DNA of 64,000 bases from Eledone cirrhosa. Taxonomy: Eukaryota. The notes beneath the pieces were generated by a model. The model ran no database searches. It was not told where the DNA came from and saw only the letters and a list, made by a program, of their open reading frames with translations. The position numbers and the translations under genes were made by a program. Within the stretch, counting starts at the first letter, position 1. Each line of letters starts with the position of its first letter. The stretch lies in assembly GCA_964016885.1 (NCBI GenBank), contig OZ024754.1:38812001-38876000 (forward strand). The letters run 5' to 3'. This document shows, piece by piece, positions 50,825 to 63,761 of the stretch.

Positions 50825-52384
50825 CTCAATTTTTTAGCCTTAATAATATATATATATATATATTTATATATCTATATATATTGACAAGCTTCCTTACTGT
50901 TTCCCCTTTATCAAATTCACTCACAACGTATTTGTCTGCTCGAGCCTATAGTAGAAAACACTTGCCCAAGGGGTGCCAGGCAGTGGGATTATTGAACCTA
51001 AAACCACTTGGGTCATCATCATCATCATTCATTTCATTTTACGTCCACTTTTCCCTGCTTGCAAGGGTGAGACGGGAACTGATGCTGGCTTGATTTCTAC
51101 AGCTGGATGCCCTTCCTAACACCAACCTCATTTACAGTGAGTGCTTGGTGCTTTTTTGCCGTGGCACCTCCACAACCACTTTGCAGTGGGCTGATAGGGA
51201 CCCCAGTCCCTATCATCTCATTTCTACAGCTGAGTAAACTGGAGCAATGTGAAATAAAGTGTCTTGCTCAAGGAAACAACACATCACCCGGTCTGAGAAT
51301 TGAACTCACAACCTTTCGATTGCAAGGCCAATGCTCTAACCAATAAGCCATGTGCCTCCACATCCATTGGGTATGAAACAAAATTCATAAACACATAATA
51401 TTGGAAACCAAAAATGTACTTCCCTTCTCCCCAACACTGTTCACACAAGAACTTGACTTTTTTAAAAATCTTTTATACAAATCCTTTTTTTTTTCTTCCA
51501 TTTAATTAGCCTCATGTCCTCATTTTTAAAATATACAAACATTTATATTCCATTCCATTCTGGTGTAAGTTTGGTTGATCTTTAACATCAACAACATTTT
51601 TACAGCTTGCCTTTCTAGTTTATCTGCTCCCAACGTCAACAAATCTTACAGACAGAGACATGGCTGTCTAAAGGTCCTTCCATTGACTATCTCTACTAAC
51701 TATCCTAGCCTCCTTTTTTTTTTTCTCAGTACAATGTCATCACTTATACTACCGAAGACTAATCTAATAACTTCACTACATTCTTTATTTTATTAATTAA
51801 TGCTTACAACATTAACCCATTCGTTACTATATTTCGAATGAATGACACTGCCTATGGTTTTCAAATCATTTTGAAAATAATCAAGGACTGCTAGATTAGG
51901 AGTGACCTGAGGTCAACAACTTCAATAAAATACTTAATGGATTCAGTTTTGTATTAATATTTTAATTTGTACAACAATGTACCACTATGAAACCACCAAT
52001 CTGATAGAGAGAGAGACATCATCCTCATCATCATCACCATCATTATGATGTTTTATATTTGCTTCTTCATGTTAGCATGGGTTAAATGAGATTTTCGGAG
52101 GCAGTATTCTACAGTCAGGTGCCCGCTATTGGGTGCTTGATGGTGATGTAGGGGCACTGTTGTGAGATACAGAATGTACTGAGGGTATTTTATCATGCTA
52201 CCAACACCAGTATTTCACAATAATAAACAGTAGTCATTACTCCATTTAGTTCAAGGTTGAAAAATAATCTGAGTCCCTCTATTCTAATAATGTAACCAGG
52301 TATTTCCAGGTTATTTCACTAAAGAAATAATTCCTGGACATTTAAAACCTGGTAAGGCCCATTGGTTTACATATATATCTATCT

Positions 52385-53170
52385 AGAGAGAGGAGGGAGG
52401 AGGGAGGAGAGAGAGGAGAGAGAGAGGAGAGAGAGGAGAGAGAGGAGGGAGAGAGGAGAGAGAGGAGAGGAGAGAGGAGAGGAGAGAGGAGAGGAGAGAG
52501 GAGAGAGAGGAGAGAGGAGAGAGAGGAGGGAGGGGAGGGAGAGGGAGAGGAGGGAGGGAGGGGGGAGAGGAGGGAGGGAGGGGAGAGAGGAGGGAGAGAG
52601 AGGAGAGAGGAGAGAGGGAGGAGAGAGAGAGGAGAGAGGGAGGAGAGAGAGAGAGAGGAGAGAGGGAGGAGAGAGAGAGAGGAGAGAGGGAGGAGAGAGA
52701 GAGAGGAGAGAGAGAGAGGAGAGAGGGAGGAGAGAGAGAGGAGAGAAGGGGGAGAGAGAGAGAGGAGAGAAGGGGGAGAGAGAGAGAGGAGAGAAGGAGG
52801 AGAGAGAGAGAGGAGAGAAGGAGGAGAGAAAGAGAGGAGAGAAGGAGGAGAGAAAGAGAGGAGAGAAGGAGGAGAGAAAGAGAGGAGAGAGAGGAGAGAG
52901 AGAGGAGAGAGAGGAGAGAGAGAGGAGAGAGAGGAGAGAAAGGAGAGAGAGGAGAGAGAGAGAGAGGAGAGAGAGGAGAGAAAGGAGAGAGAGGAGAGAG
53001 AGAGAAAGGAGAGAGAGAGAAAGGAGAGAGAGGAGAGAGGGAGAAAGGAGAGAGAGGAGAGAGAGAGAAAGGAGAGAGAGGAGAGAGAGAGAAAGGAGAG
53101 AGAGAGAAAGGAGAGAGAGAGAAAGGAGAGAGAGAGAGAGGAGAGAGAGAGAAAGGAGAGAGAGAGAGAG

Positions 53171-53235
<65 letters not shown>

Positions 53236-53257
53236 AAGGAGAGAGAGGGGAGAGAGA
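52385..53257. repeat. About 870-bp pure polypurine (GA-rich) tract
   Basis: Only G and A on the + strand; starts about 140 bp into the intron after reticulon exon 1. Confidence 0.97.
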
Positions 53258-53396
53258 GCGCCAGCGAGAACAATCGAGATCCCAGCATACAACTGGTACT
53301 ATATTCATCACCCCCCCACACCCAAAAAAAAAGACGTAAGGCAGAGTTGATCTTGGGAAACATAGATATAGGTAGTGAAAATGTAAGGCAACTCAC

Positions 53397-53604
53397 TTGA
53401 AAGGATGTCCGTCACCAGATTTCTGGACTGCTTGCATGATGTTCTTGTAAACACGAAAACTGAGAGTGACTGCCAAGATTGCCAAGGACAGATAAGCGAT
53501 AACGGTGAGTACCGAGTAGATGGCCAAGGACAGGAGAATAAACAGCATGCTGCCAAACACCACTGCCGTCTTCTTGACATCTCTCCAGTAGATCAGATCC
53601 AAGA
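53397..53604 (-). CDS. RTN: Reticulon homology domain exon 1: (V)[69 protein letters not shown]
   Basis: tttcag|tc acceptor, aa|gtgagt donor; LIYWRD and QAVQKS..GHPF motifs; 208 nt. Confidence 0.97.
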
Positions 53605-53794
53605 CTGAAAGGGAGAACATAGAAAAAGAAAAGGAAAATAAGTGAAATTGTCACCACAAGATCATTTAGATGTATAATAATAATGAAATTATTGTGTACA
53701 GTGCTCAGGTGCACTACAACTCATCAAAGGTGCATGTATAGTAGATAGAATAATGTACAAATGTCAGGAAAATGAACAGTGTATGAGTCATGAT

Positions 53795-53825
<31 letters not shown>

Positions 53826-54327
53826 TAATGAAATATTGTGTACAGTGCCCAGGTGCACCACAACTAATCAAAATAAGGGAATGTACAGTACATAGGGCAA
53901 TGCACAAATATCAGTAAAATGAACAGTGCACGAGTCATGATACACACATGTGTGCATGTGTATGGAAGGGGTACATCAGGTGTAGTTAAAATGTAGTTAA
54001 AACAAACAAATAAACAAAACAAAACAAGTTAAAGTTTGTCACAAGCTTAGAGGCTCATAAAGCTGGAGCTTATCTCGTTATGTGACAGAGTATAAGGCTG
54101 TGCTTCCTGGATAGGATGCCAGGCCATTACAGGGTTACTTCCACCTCTTCTGCTGGTAGTTATTTTGAGTTATGTTGAATTATATATATATATATATATA
54201 TATAGTAATAATAATAAATTTGAAGACTAAAATCCAAAGAGGGCTCGATAAGGATAAATATATATCAAATATATAAGAACCGTAGAGCAAATATTTATTA
54301 TTTTAATCTGTTATTTTAATATATATA

Positions 54328-54676
54328 TAGTTGTCCCCCATTATTTGTGGGGTTTATGTTCCTAGAGCAGCTGCGAATATTGGACGTGGTCCATAAAAAT
54401 GCCTATAAACATCAAAATATAATGTAAAATATAATAGAAAAAAGGGAAGTGTCTTATGTGAAGGAGTGGCCAATAGGCCAGCAAATACGTTATAATTAGT
54501 GTTATTAATAATTTAGTGTTAAAAAAATATTTAATGCCACCAAAAAAGCCATAAAAAAAATTGCGGAAGATATTTACGATTCCACAAATATGTTGTGATT
54601 TCCATGAACAATTATTAGTTAGGTTCTAAGGAAAATCCTGCAGATAACCAGTACCGCGAATGTCGGGGGAACACTG
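54328..54676. mobile_element. Tigger/pogo-like MITE
   Basis: Imperfect TIRs tagttgtcccccattatttgtgg / ccgcgaatgtcgggggaacactg within TA-rich flanks. Confidence 0.65.
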
Positions 54677-54682
54677 TGTATG

Positions 54683-54729
<47 letters not shown>

Positions 54730-54904
54730 CAATTAAAAGTTATTTGTCTCTAATACATAGACATCTCAATGAAAGGATAAAGTATACAGATAAATTATCA
54801 AACTCAGAGAAGTAATCTAGCATATCAAACCCCCTACTCGGTCTTCCCACTTCCGGCCACACCACCCTTTCTCTGAGAAGTTATGTTGATACCACAGAAC
54901 ATCC

Positions 54905-55790
54905 AACCCACTGTGTAAAGTGGTCGTGTAGGTGACATGACAAAAAGCACCCAGTCCACACTGTAAAGTGGTCGTGTAGGTGACATGACAAAAAACACCC
55001 AGTCCACACTGTAAAGTGGTCGTGTAGGAGACATGATAAAAAGCACCCAGTCCACACTGTAAAGTGGTCGTGTAGGTGACATGACAAAAAACACCCAGTC
55101 CACACTGTAAAGTGGTCGTGTAGGTGACATGACAAAAAACACCCAGTCCACACTGTAAAGTGGTCGTGTAGGTGACATGACAAAAAGCACCCAGTCCACA
55201 CTGTAAAGTGGTCGTGTAGGTGACATGACAAAAAGCACCCAGTCCACACTGTAAAGTGGTCGTGTAGGTGACATGACAAAAAGCACCCAGTCCACACTGT
55301 AAAGTGGTCGTGTAGGTGACATGACAAAAAGCACCCAGTCCACACTGTAAAGTGGTCGTGTAGGTGACATGACAAAAAGCACCCAGTCCACACTGTAAAG
55401 TGGTCGTGTAGGTGACATGACAAAAAGCACCCAGTCCACACTGTAAAGTGGTCGTGTAGGTGACATGACAAAAAGCACCCAGTCCACACTGTAAAGTGGT
55501 CGTGTAGGTGACATGACAAAAAGCACCCAGTCCACACTGTAAAGTGGTCGTGTAGGTGACATGACAAAAAGCACCCAGTCCACACTGTAAAGTGGTCGTG
55601 TAGGTGACATGACAAAAAGCACCCAGTCCACACTGTAAAGTGGTCGTGTAGGTGACATGACAAAAAGCACCCAGTCCACACTGTAAAGTGGTCGTGTAGG
55701 TGACATGACAAAAAGCACCCAGTCCACACTGTAAAGTGGTCGTGTAGGAGACATGATAAAAAGCACCCAGTCCACATTGTAAAGGTAGTT
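54905..55790. repeat. 48-bp minisatellite, about 18 copies, amplified from an RTE 3' UTR
   Basis: Unit aaaagcacccagtccacactgtaaagtggtcgtgtaggtgacatgaca; continues into the RTE 3' tail at 55790-55945. Confidence 0.95.
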
Positions 55791-56959
55791 GGCATTAGGA
55801 AGGGTATCCAGCCGTAGAAAACCTGCCAGAAACATATACAAGCAAGACATGGTCACCCGGCCAATCTCGCCTCAAGTGGGACAAACCCGTTCAACCTATG
55901 ATAGCATGGAAGATAGACATTAAACGATGATGAAAATGATGATGATTCCAGAAACCATAGTTGGGAGGAAAATATATGAGTAAAACTGACTTATTTTAGT
56001 TAATTTGGTGGGGAAATAAGCCAGACTGAGATTTTGGCATGAGATAAATTTACATATTAGTTTAACTCTTGATACAGTAGGAGAATATTGTTAATGTTTC
56101 AGATGTTAGTCTCTCATCAGAAGCTAGAGATAGAAGAAATAAAAAGATAACTGAGAGTAAGAAAAGGACAAAGTAAAGTATGTGTTTGTTAATTCAGCCA
56201 TTTTGGAGACATTGTGTGTGTGAAGCTGACACGGAAAAGTCAGTTGAAAAATCAACTAAAATATCTCCTGAACCTTTTAACGTCTATTTTTACACCCATC
56301 AGGCACACACACACACACACATTACACACCAAACAGCACCCTCCTGTAACAAATACACAGGCACATATTAAAGCACACACCATACACAAGCATTACAATA
56401 TCACACACACTTCACAATCATACTTCCACACACACACACACACGACATCCCATTCAGCACAGGAACTAAATCAATGGTAACATGAAGAATAAATCAGAAT
56501 AAATTAGAGAAAACAATTGTTTCTGTCAGCAAATATTTCCCCAAACAGGTTGATGGTGGCAGTGGTGGTGGTGGTGGTAGTGATGGTGGTAGTGATGATG
56601 GTGGCGTGTGTGTAATGACTGACTATTTCATTGGAATTATTTTTGGATTGGCAGTATCAGTAGAGGGTCGGACGCCATGCTTTCCAGCATATAGTTACGT
56701 CCCTTTACGATCTGAGTTCAAATCCCGCCGAGGTTGACTTTGCCTTTCATCCTTACCGGGTCGATAAAATAAAGTACCAGTAATTACCAATAATGCACTG
56801 GGTAATTGCTGGCCTTGTGCCAAAAGTAGAAACAATTATTTTTAATGAAATACTTGCTGGAAATACCTGGTTACATTAGATGTGAGAGGGTCACACTGTT
56901 CTTGAACCTTGAACAGAGATTAAGGTGAGGAGGAAGTTCTCATTGTCAGACATATAGCA

Positions 56960-57350
56960 ACCTCACTAGTGTTGGTAGCACGATAATATGCACCCAGTAC
57001 ACTCTGTAAAGACGACACTTTAGTCGTAGTTAAGGCCATGACAACCTCATTTGAGTGCTGGTGTAATAATAAAATGCACCCAGTACACTCTGTAAAGAGG
57101 ACACTTTAGTCGTAGTTAAGGCCATGACAACCTCTCGAGTGCTGGTAATAATAAAATGCACCCAGTACACTCTGTAAAGAGGACACTTTAGTCGTAGTTA
57201 AGGCCATGACAACCTCTCGAGTGCTGGTAATAATAAAATGCACCCAGTACACTCTGTAAAGAGGACACTTTAGTCGTAGTTAAGAGCATGACAACCTCTC
57301 GAGTGCTGGTGTAATAATAAAATGCACCCAGTACACTCTGTAAAATGGCT
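56960..57350. repeat. About 75-bp tandem repeat, about 5 copies, RTE-UTR derived
   Basis: Recurrent atgcacccagtacactctgtaaa. Confidence 0.85.
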
Positions 57351-57534
57351 GATGAAGGAGTGGAGACTATGGAAGCTCTCTCGTCTTAGTTGAGGAGTTG
57401 ACACTTTCTCTAGTTTTGGGGATCAAGATACACTGACCCAGTACACTCTGTAAAATGGTTAGTGAACGAGTGGCAGCAACATAGGGTCAAAAAGACCCTT
57501 TCATTGTGCCAAGCATATGATCTCTCTAGTGATA

Positions 57535-57838
57535 GGTGATGATGAAGACAATGATGATGAAGATGACAATGATAATGATGATGATGATAATGAAGATGAT
57601 GATGATGGCGATGATGATGATGATGATGGCGATGATGATGATGATGATGATGAAGATGGTGACAATGATGATGAAGATGACAATGATAATGATGATGATG
57701 ACGATGATGATGATGATGACAATAATGAAGATGAATATGAGGAGGACAATAATGAAGATGAAGATGATGTCGACGATGATGATGATGATGATGATGATGA
57801 GGACAATAATGATGATAACAATGTCAAAGAAGATGACA
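57535..57838. repeat. Degenerate (GAT)n repeat
   Basis: Direct inspection. Confidence 0.9.
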
Positions 57839-57848
57839 AACTTTGGCA

Positions 57849-59369
57849 ACATGGCAGACCTTATGGTGGTAACTACACATGTCTGGTGAACAACACATGG
57901 CAGACCTTATGGTGGTAACAACACATGTCTGGTGAACAACACATGGCAGACCTTATGGTGGTAACTACACATGTCTGGTGAACAACACATGGCAGACCTT
58001 ATGGTGGTAACTTAACATGTCTCGTGAACAACACATGGCAGACCTTATGGTGGTAACTACACATGTCTGGTGAACAACACATGGCAGACCTTATGGTGGT
58101 AACTTAACATGTCTCGTGAACAACACATGGCAGACCTTATGGTGGTAACTTAACATGTCTCGTGAACAACACATGGCAGACCTTATGGTGGTAACTTAAC
58201 ATGTCTGGTGAACAACACATGGCAGACCTTATGGTGGTAACTACACATGTCTGGTGAACAACACATGGCAGACCTTATGGTGGTAACTTAACATGTCTGG
58301 TGAACAACACATGGCAGACCTTATGGTGGTAACTTAACATGTCTCGTGAACAACACATGGCAGACCTTATGGTGGTAACTTAACATGTCTGGTGAACAAC
58401 ACATGGCAGACCTTATGGTGGTAACTTAACATGTCTGGTGAACAACACATGGCAGACCTTATGGTGGTAACTTAACATGTCTCGTGAACAACACATGGCA
58501 GACCTTATGGTGGTAACTTAACATGTCTCGTGAACAACACATGGCAGACCTTATGGTGGTAACAACACATGTCTGGTGAACAACACATGGCAGACCTTAT
58601 GGTGGTAACAACATGTCTCGTGAACAACACATGGCAGACCTTATGGTGGTAACTTAACATGTCTCGTGAACAACACATGGCAGACCTTATGGTGGTAACT
58701 TAACATGTCTCGTGAACAACACATGGCAGACCTTATGGTGGTAACTTAACATGTCTCGTGAACAACACATGGCAGACCTTATGGTGGTAACAACACATGT
58801 CTGGTGAACAACACATGGCAGACCTTATGGTGGTAACTTAACATGTCTCGTGAACAACACATGGCAGACCTTATGGTGGTAACTACACATGTCTGGTGAA
58901 CAACACATGGCAGACCTTATGGTGGTAACTTAACATGTCTCGTGAACAACACATGGCAGACCTTATGGTGGTAACTTAACATGTCTCGTGAACAACACAT
59001 GGCAGACCTTATGGTGGTAACTTAACATGTCTGGTGAACAACACATGGCAGACCTTATGGTGGTAACTACACATGTCTGGTGAACAACACATGGCAGACC
59101 TTATGGTGGTAACTTAACATGTCTGGTGAACAACACATGGCAGACCTTATGGTGGTAACTTAACATGTCTGGTGAACAACACATGGCAGACCTTATGGTG
59201 GTAACTTAACATGTCTCGTGAACAACACATGGCAGACCTTATGGTGGTAACAACACATGTCTGGTGAACAACACATGGCAGACCTTATGGTGGTAACTTA
59301 ACATGTCTCGTGAACAACACATGGCAGACCTTATGGTGGTAACTTAACATGTCTCGTGAACAACACATG
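57849..59369. repeat. 46-bp minisatellite, about 33 copies
   Basis: Unit acatggcagaccttatggtggtaacttaacatgtctSgtgaacaac. Confidence 0.97.
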
Positions 59370-59559
59370 CCTGAGAAATTGGAGAAGATTAATTCCACTT
59401 TCCACTATTCCAGTGACATAGAATCTGTTAAATAATGTCATGGCATTCTTTGATGATATAAAGAGATTCTGGTAATGGATGGAGAGGAGGAGAAGAAGCT
59501 TTTGGTGGTGGATATATTATCTGAAGGCCAATATTGTTTGGTGTGATACTTACAGCTAT

Positions 59560-60412
59560 AGTAGTAGTATTAGTAGTGATAGTGTTGTTGGAGGTAGTAG
59601 TAGTAGTAATAATAGTGGTGGTGGTAATAGTAGTAGTGATAGTGTTGTTGGCGTTGGTGGTAGTAGTAGTAGTGGTAGTGTTGTTGTTGTTGGTGGTGGT
59701 AATAGTAGTGGTAGTAATAGTAGTGATAGTATTGTTGGTAGTAGTAGTAGTTGTAATAGTGGTAGTGGTAATAGTAGTAGTGATAGTGTTGTTGGCGTTG
59801 GTGGTGGTAGTAGTAGTGGTGGTAGTGTTGTTGGCGTTGGTGGTAGTAGTAGTAGTAGTGTTGTTGGCGTTGGTGGTAGAAGTAGTAGTAGTAGTAGTGG
59901 CAGTGTTGTTGGCGTTGGTATTAGTAGTAGTAGTGGTAGTGTTGTTGGCGTTGGTAGTAGTAGTAGTGGTTGTAGTGTTGTAGGCGTTGGTGGTAGTAGT
60001 AGTAGTGGTAGTGTTGTTGGTGGTAGTAGTAGTAGTAGTGGTGGTAGTGTTGTTGGCGTTGGTGGTAGTAGTAGCAGAAGTATTATTAGTAGTATACGTA
60101 GTAGTATATGTAGTAGTAGTAGTAATTTATATAAATGTCAGCTGGTACCACCCACTTCTTTAATTGAAGGGTCAAACTTATAAATAAGGGAATAGATCTG
60201 ACTATAGGGCAGTAGATGATGGTGATGATGACACTGATGGTGATGGTGGTAATGGTGGTGGTGACAATGATGGTGGTGGTGATGGTGGTGGTGACAATGG
60301 TAGTGGTGATGGTGGTAATGGTGGTGGTGACAATGATGGTGGTGGTGGTGGTGGTGATGATGGTGGTGACAATGATGGTAATGATGATGGTGGTGCTTAT
60401 GATGGTGATGAT
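59560..60412. repeat. (AGT/GGT/GTT) and (GGT/GAT) compound trinucleotide repeats
   Basis: Direct inspection. Confidence 0.92.
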
Positions 60413-61847
60413 ATGAAGAGTTTAGTAGTACTTATAGTTACAGTATTGTTATTTTCTGTGTGTAACCAGTTTGGAATAGGTACACCATATCCCTGTATGA
60501 GTGTCGTTAATGGACGACTAAAAGTGTTGCTGTTGGTGCAAGGAAGGGCATCTCACTGTAAAACATTGCCTCTCAGATGTACTGGAAGCGTATATCTTGC
60601 TTACACACGGTCCCACGTCCTACTGAGTATTTCATGACACAAGCAGCAGGAAGGTTATCATGTCTTTGACACAACTGAAGGGTTCTGACAACCCTTTGTT
60701 TGACAAGCTTTCTACAGCTGGATGCCCTTCTTATCACGAACCACTTTACAGCATGTACTGGGTGTGTTTATCCTGTAGATCACCATCACTAACAAGGTTG
60801 TTGCACCATTGACACAGGTGAAGGGTCCTCATGACCCTTTGTGAAAGGTTGCTACAGGAGAGTACCCTTCCTATTGCCAACCACCCTACAGGGTGTACTG
60901 GGTGCATTTTCATGGCACCAACACAAGTGATGTTGTTGGTTATTGTTGTAACTGAAGAGTCCTCTCTGAACTGTGGGGTGGGGTGTTGGAGAAAATAAAA
61001 ACACATATGTTATGGGTGACATCATCACCCTTTAATGTCTATTGTTCCACGCTTGCATGGTTTAGACTGGTCTGGACAGTTGGCCACACCATACCTTGCA
61101 CAAATAGAACTGTATTTTGGCTGGATGCCCTTCCTAACACACACTATATTCACAGTGTGGAACTGGGTGATCCCGTTATGAGGAGGGTCTGGCCAGTTGG
61201 CCACACCATACCTTGCTCACAGTGGGACCATGTTTTGGCTGGCTTTTTATGGCTGCTGGATGCCCTTCCTAATACCAACCACGTCTGACTTAACTCCTTA
61301 CTACCAACAGTTTTAAGTTGAAAACACTTCCACATTATGTGTTGATTGCTCTTCTCCATTTGTTTCCACAACTGTGTGTGTATACACACACACACACACA
61401 CATATGTACATATATATATATATATATGAGTGAAAGAGATTAAAAAAAGACATGTACATGTTAGCTATAACCTTTAAATTACACTAGATGTTACTCAATT
61501 CAACAACCCTGTATCTATATCAATGTACAAGCTAATTGTAGCTCAATTTAATGACCCTCTATATCAATGTACAAGCTAATTGTAACCCTCTAACGACCCT
61601 CTATATCAATGTACAAGCTAATCGTAACCCTCTAACAACCCTCTGTGTCAATGTACTAGCTAATTGTAGCCCAATTTAATGACCCAGTATCAATGTACAT
61701 GTTATAAAAATACCCTTACCATTGTCATGTCTTTATTTCTCATGTTCTCCCCCACTCCCTCACAACATTGAAATACATCAGACAGGTTCTGCCAAATTAC
61801 TGATGCAAAGTAGTTTGTTCTAATCATAAATATATATATATATATAG

Positions 61848-62508
61848 GTGGAAGACTTACGTAGATTAGAGAGAAACGAAGCCTGCATGCTCCGATGGAT
61901 GTGTAACAGTAATATACGTGAACGACAAAGCATAAAGGAATTGAGAGAGAGACTGAGCATAAGAGGAATCAAATGCTGCGTGCAGGAGAGGCGGTTACGC
62001 TGGTATGGACATGTGATGCGTATGAAGGATGACAGCTGCATAAAAAGGTGCAGAGCACTAGAAGTTGATGGAAACCGCGGAGTGGGGAGACCCAAGATGA
62101 CTTGGGATGAGGTGATAAAAGCCGACCTTACCCAACTACACCTCTCAAAGACAATGACACACGACCGTGACTTCTGGCGTCACGCAGTAATACAGGGTAC
62201 CCGACCTCCCATGGGTACATGCTGAAGCATATAAACAATATGCCCCCACTCCCCCCACCGCAAGGTGGTCGTGGAGGTGCCACGGCAAAAAAGCACCCAG
62301 CCCACACTGTAAATTGGACGTGTAGGCGCCACGAAAAAGCACCCAGCAATCACTGTAAATGAGGTTGGTGTTAGGAAGGGCATCCAGCTGTAGAAATAAA
62401 TCCAGATCAGTTCCTGTATGAGCAAGGCATGGTCAGCCGACCAGACACTGCCCACAACAGGATAACCCGTCTAACCCATGCTAGCGTGGAAGAACGGACG
62501 TAAAACGG

Positions 62509-62537
<29 letters not shown>
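61848..62537 (+). mobile_element. RTE LINE 3' end with complete 3' UTR and (GAT)n tail
   Basis: [24 protein letters not shown]; its UTR matches the many dispersed 'gttaggaagggcatccagc' repeats. Confidence 0.92.
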
Positions 62538-62539
<2 letters not shown>

Positions 62540-62780
62540 ATATATGTAGAAGTTCTATTTAAATTGTTGGGATACAACAAGCAAATATTTTTATAACTGA
62601 TATAAAGCACTCAACAAATTATTGGAGTAAAAATACGATATATTAACAAATGGAAACTATATTTATAAAACCATATTTATTTCATTATACATATTTCAAG
62701 GACACCAAGTTAAATTATGCAGAAATGGTCGCATTCTTTAAGGGTATGTCAATATTTATTTATAAAACTGATCTATATTA

Positions 62781-62845
62781 TATTTTATCTGATGAAAGCA
62801 CACCATAATTTAACTGGGTGTCCTTGAAATATGTATAATGGAATA
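62781..62845 (+). ncRNA. Minimal type-I hammerhead ribozyme (same family as 29183)
   Basis: tattttat CTGATGA aagcacacc...ggtgtcctt GAAA tatgta TA atggaata; stem II substitutions relative to the 29183 copy preserve pairing. Confidence 0.75.
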
Positions 62846-62886
62846 AATATGGTTTTATAAATATAGTTTCCATTTGTTAATATATC

Positions 62887-62943
<57 letters not shown>

Positions 62944-63761
62944 TATATATTTATATACTGTGTAGCTAGAAGTTTACAGCAGCAGATATAATTCAGAAGA
63001 GAGGCAACACTCTCTCTCTCTCTGTATCTCACTCTCATTTACTCTATCGCTGTCTGTGTCTCTGTACATCTCTCTCCTCCACGAAACCTGTTTAGGATCC
63101 CAAGCTATCTTCACACAGAAATACAAACCCAAAACTGGAGGGAAAACACTAAAATAATCAGTTCCAGTTTAATTAACTAAACAACCAGTTAAGAATCACT
63201 AAAAATAATCATTAGTAAAATGATTCAACTATTTTACCTAATGAAATTTGTCATATTCAGCAAGATGCCTTGCAATGTTTGTTCTGAATTCCAATTCCAT
63301 TGTGTCTTTAGCAGAGTCTGTTTTAACACCACCACCACCAGGTTCTTGAGTGCCTTTAGCAGAGTCCATTTGAACACCACCTGGTCCTTGAGTGTTGCAA
63401 GCATTCAGACACCACCCCTACCTCCCTGCCACTAATTTTGAAGGCCCTGAAAATGACATAGGCATGGCCCTTAACCTCTCTCACTTAACAGCATAAACAA
63501 AGACAAAAAAAAAAAAAACTAACCTCTACCTCAATACCTTGAATATTCCAATGAGAGAGGAGGGGCTTGTGAGAGTGATATAAAAGGACAGCCTGTCCAC
63601 TTCAGAGAAGTAATGTGTCAGCTACTCTTGACACGGTTGTCTATAGAGAGTTCTTTCCTTTCTAAACACTTAAATGTGACAAAACTGTTCACTCAGTGTT
63701 TGGTAAAGAAACTGAAGCAGCAACACATGGTCCTGCCAACTCTCTAACTCTATGTTTGGTC

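Noticed and set aside
52342-53396. Long ER/SL-rich ORFs adjoining the reticulon exon
   Set aside because: GA microsatellite inside an intron; the exon has a clear GTGAGT donor at 53396.
57517-57918. Asp-rich ORF resembling an acidic biomineralisation protein
   Set aside because: Degenerate (GAT)n between repeats; no signal peptide or splice support.
57849-59369. CRISPR-like regular array (also 12368-13196 and 54905-55790)
   Set aside because: Units are contiguous with no unique spacers, no cas genes are present, and the context is eukaryotic.
59479-60183. Ser/Gly/Val-rich 234-aa ORF
   Set aside because: Compound trinucleotide repeat open in more than one frame.
61715-61745. ATG-containing block MRNKDMTM with a GTAAGG donor as reticulon first exon
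   Set aside because: Donor is phase 0, but the first reticulon-domain exon needs phase 1.
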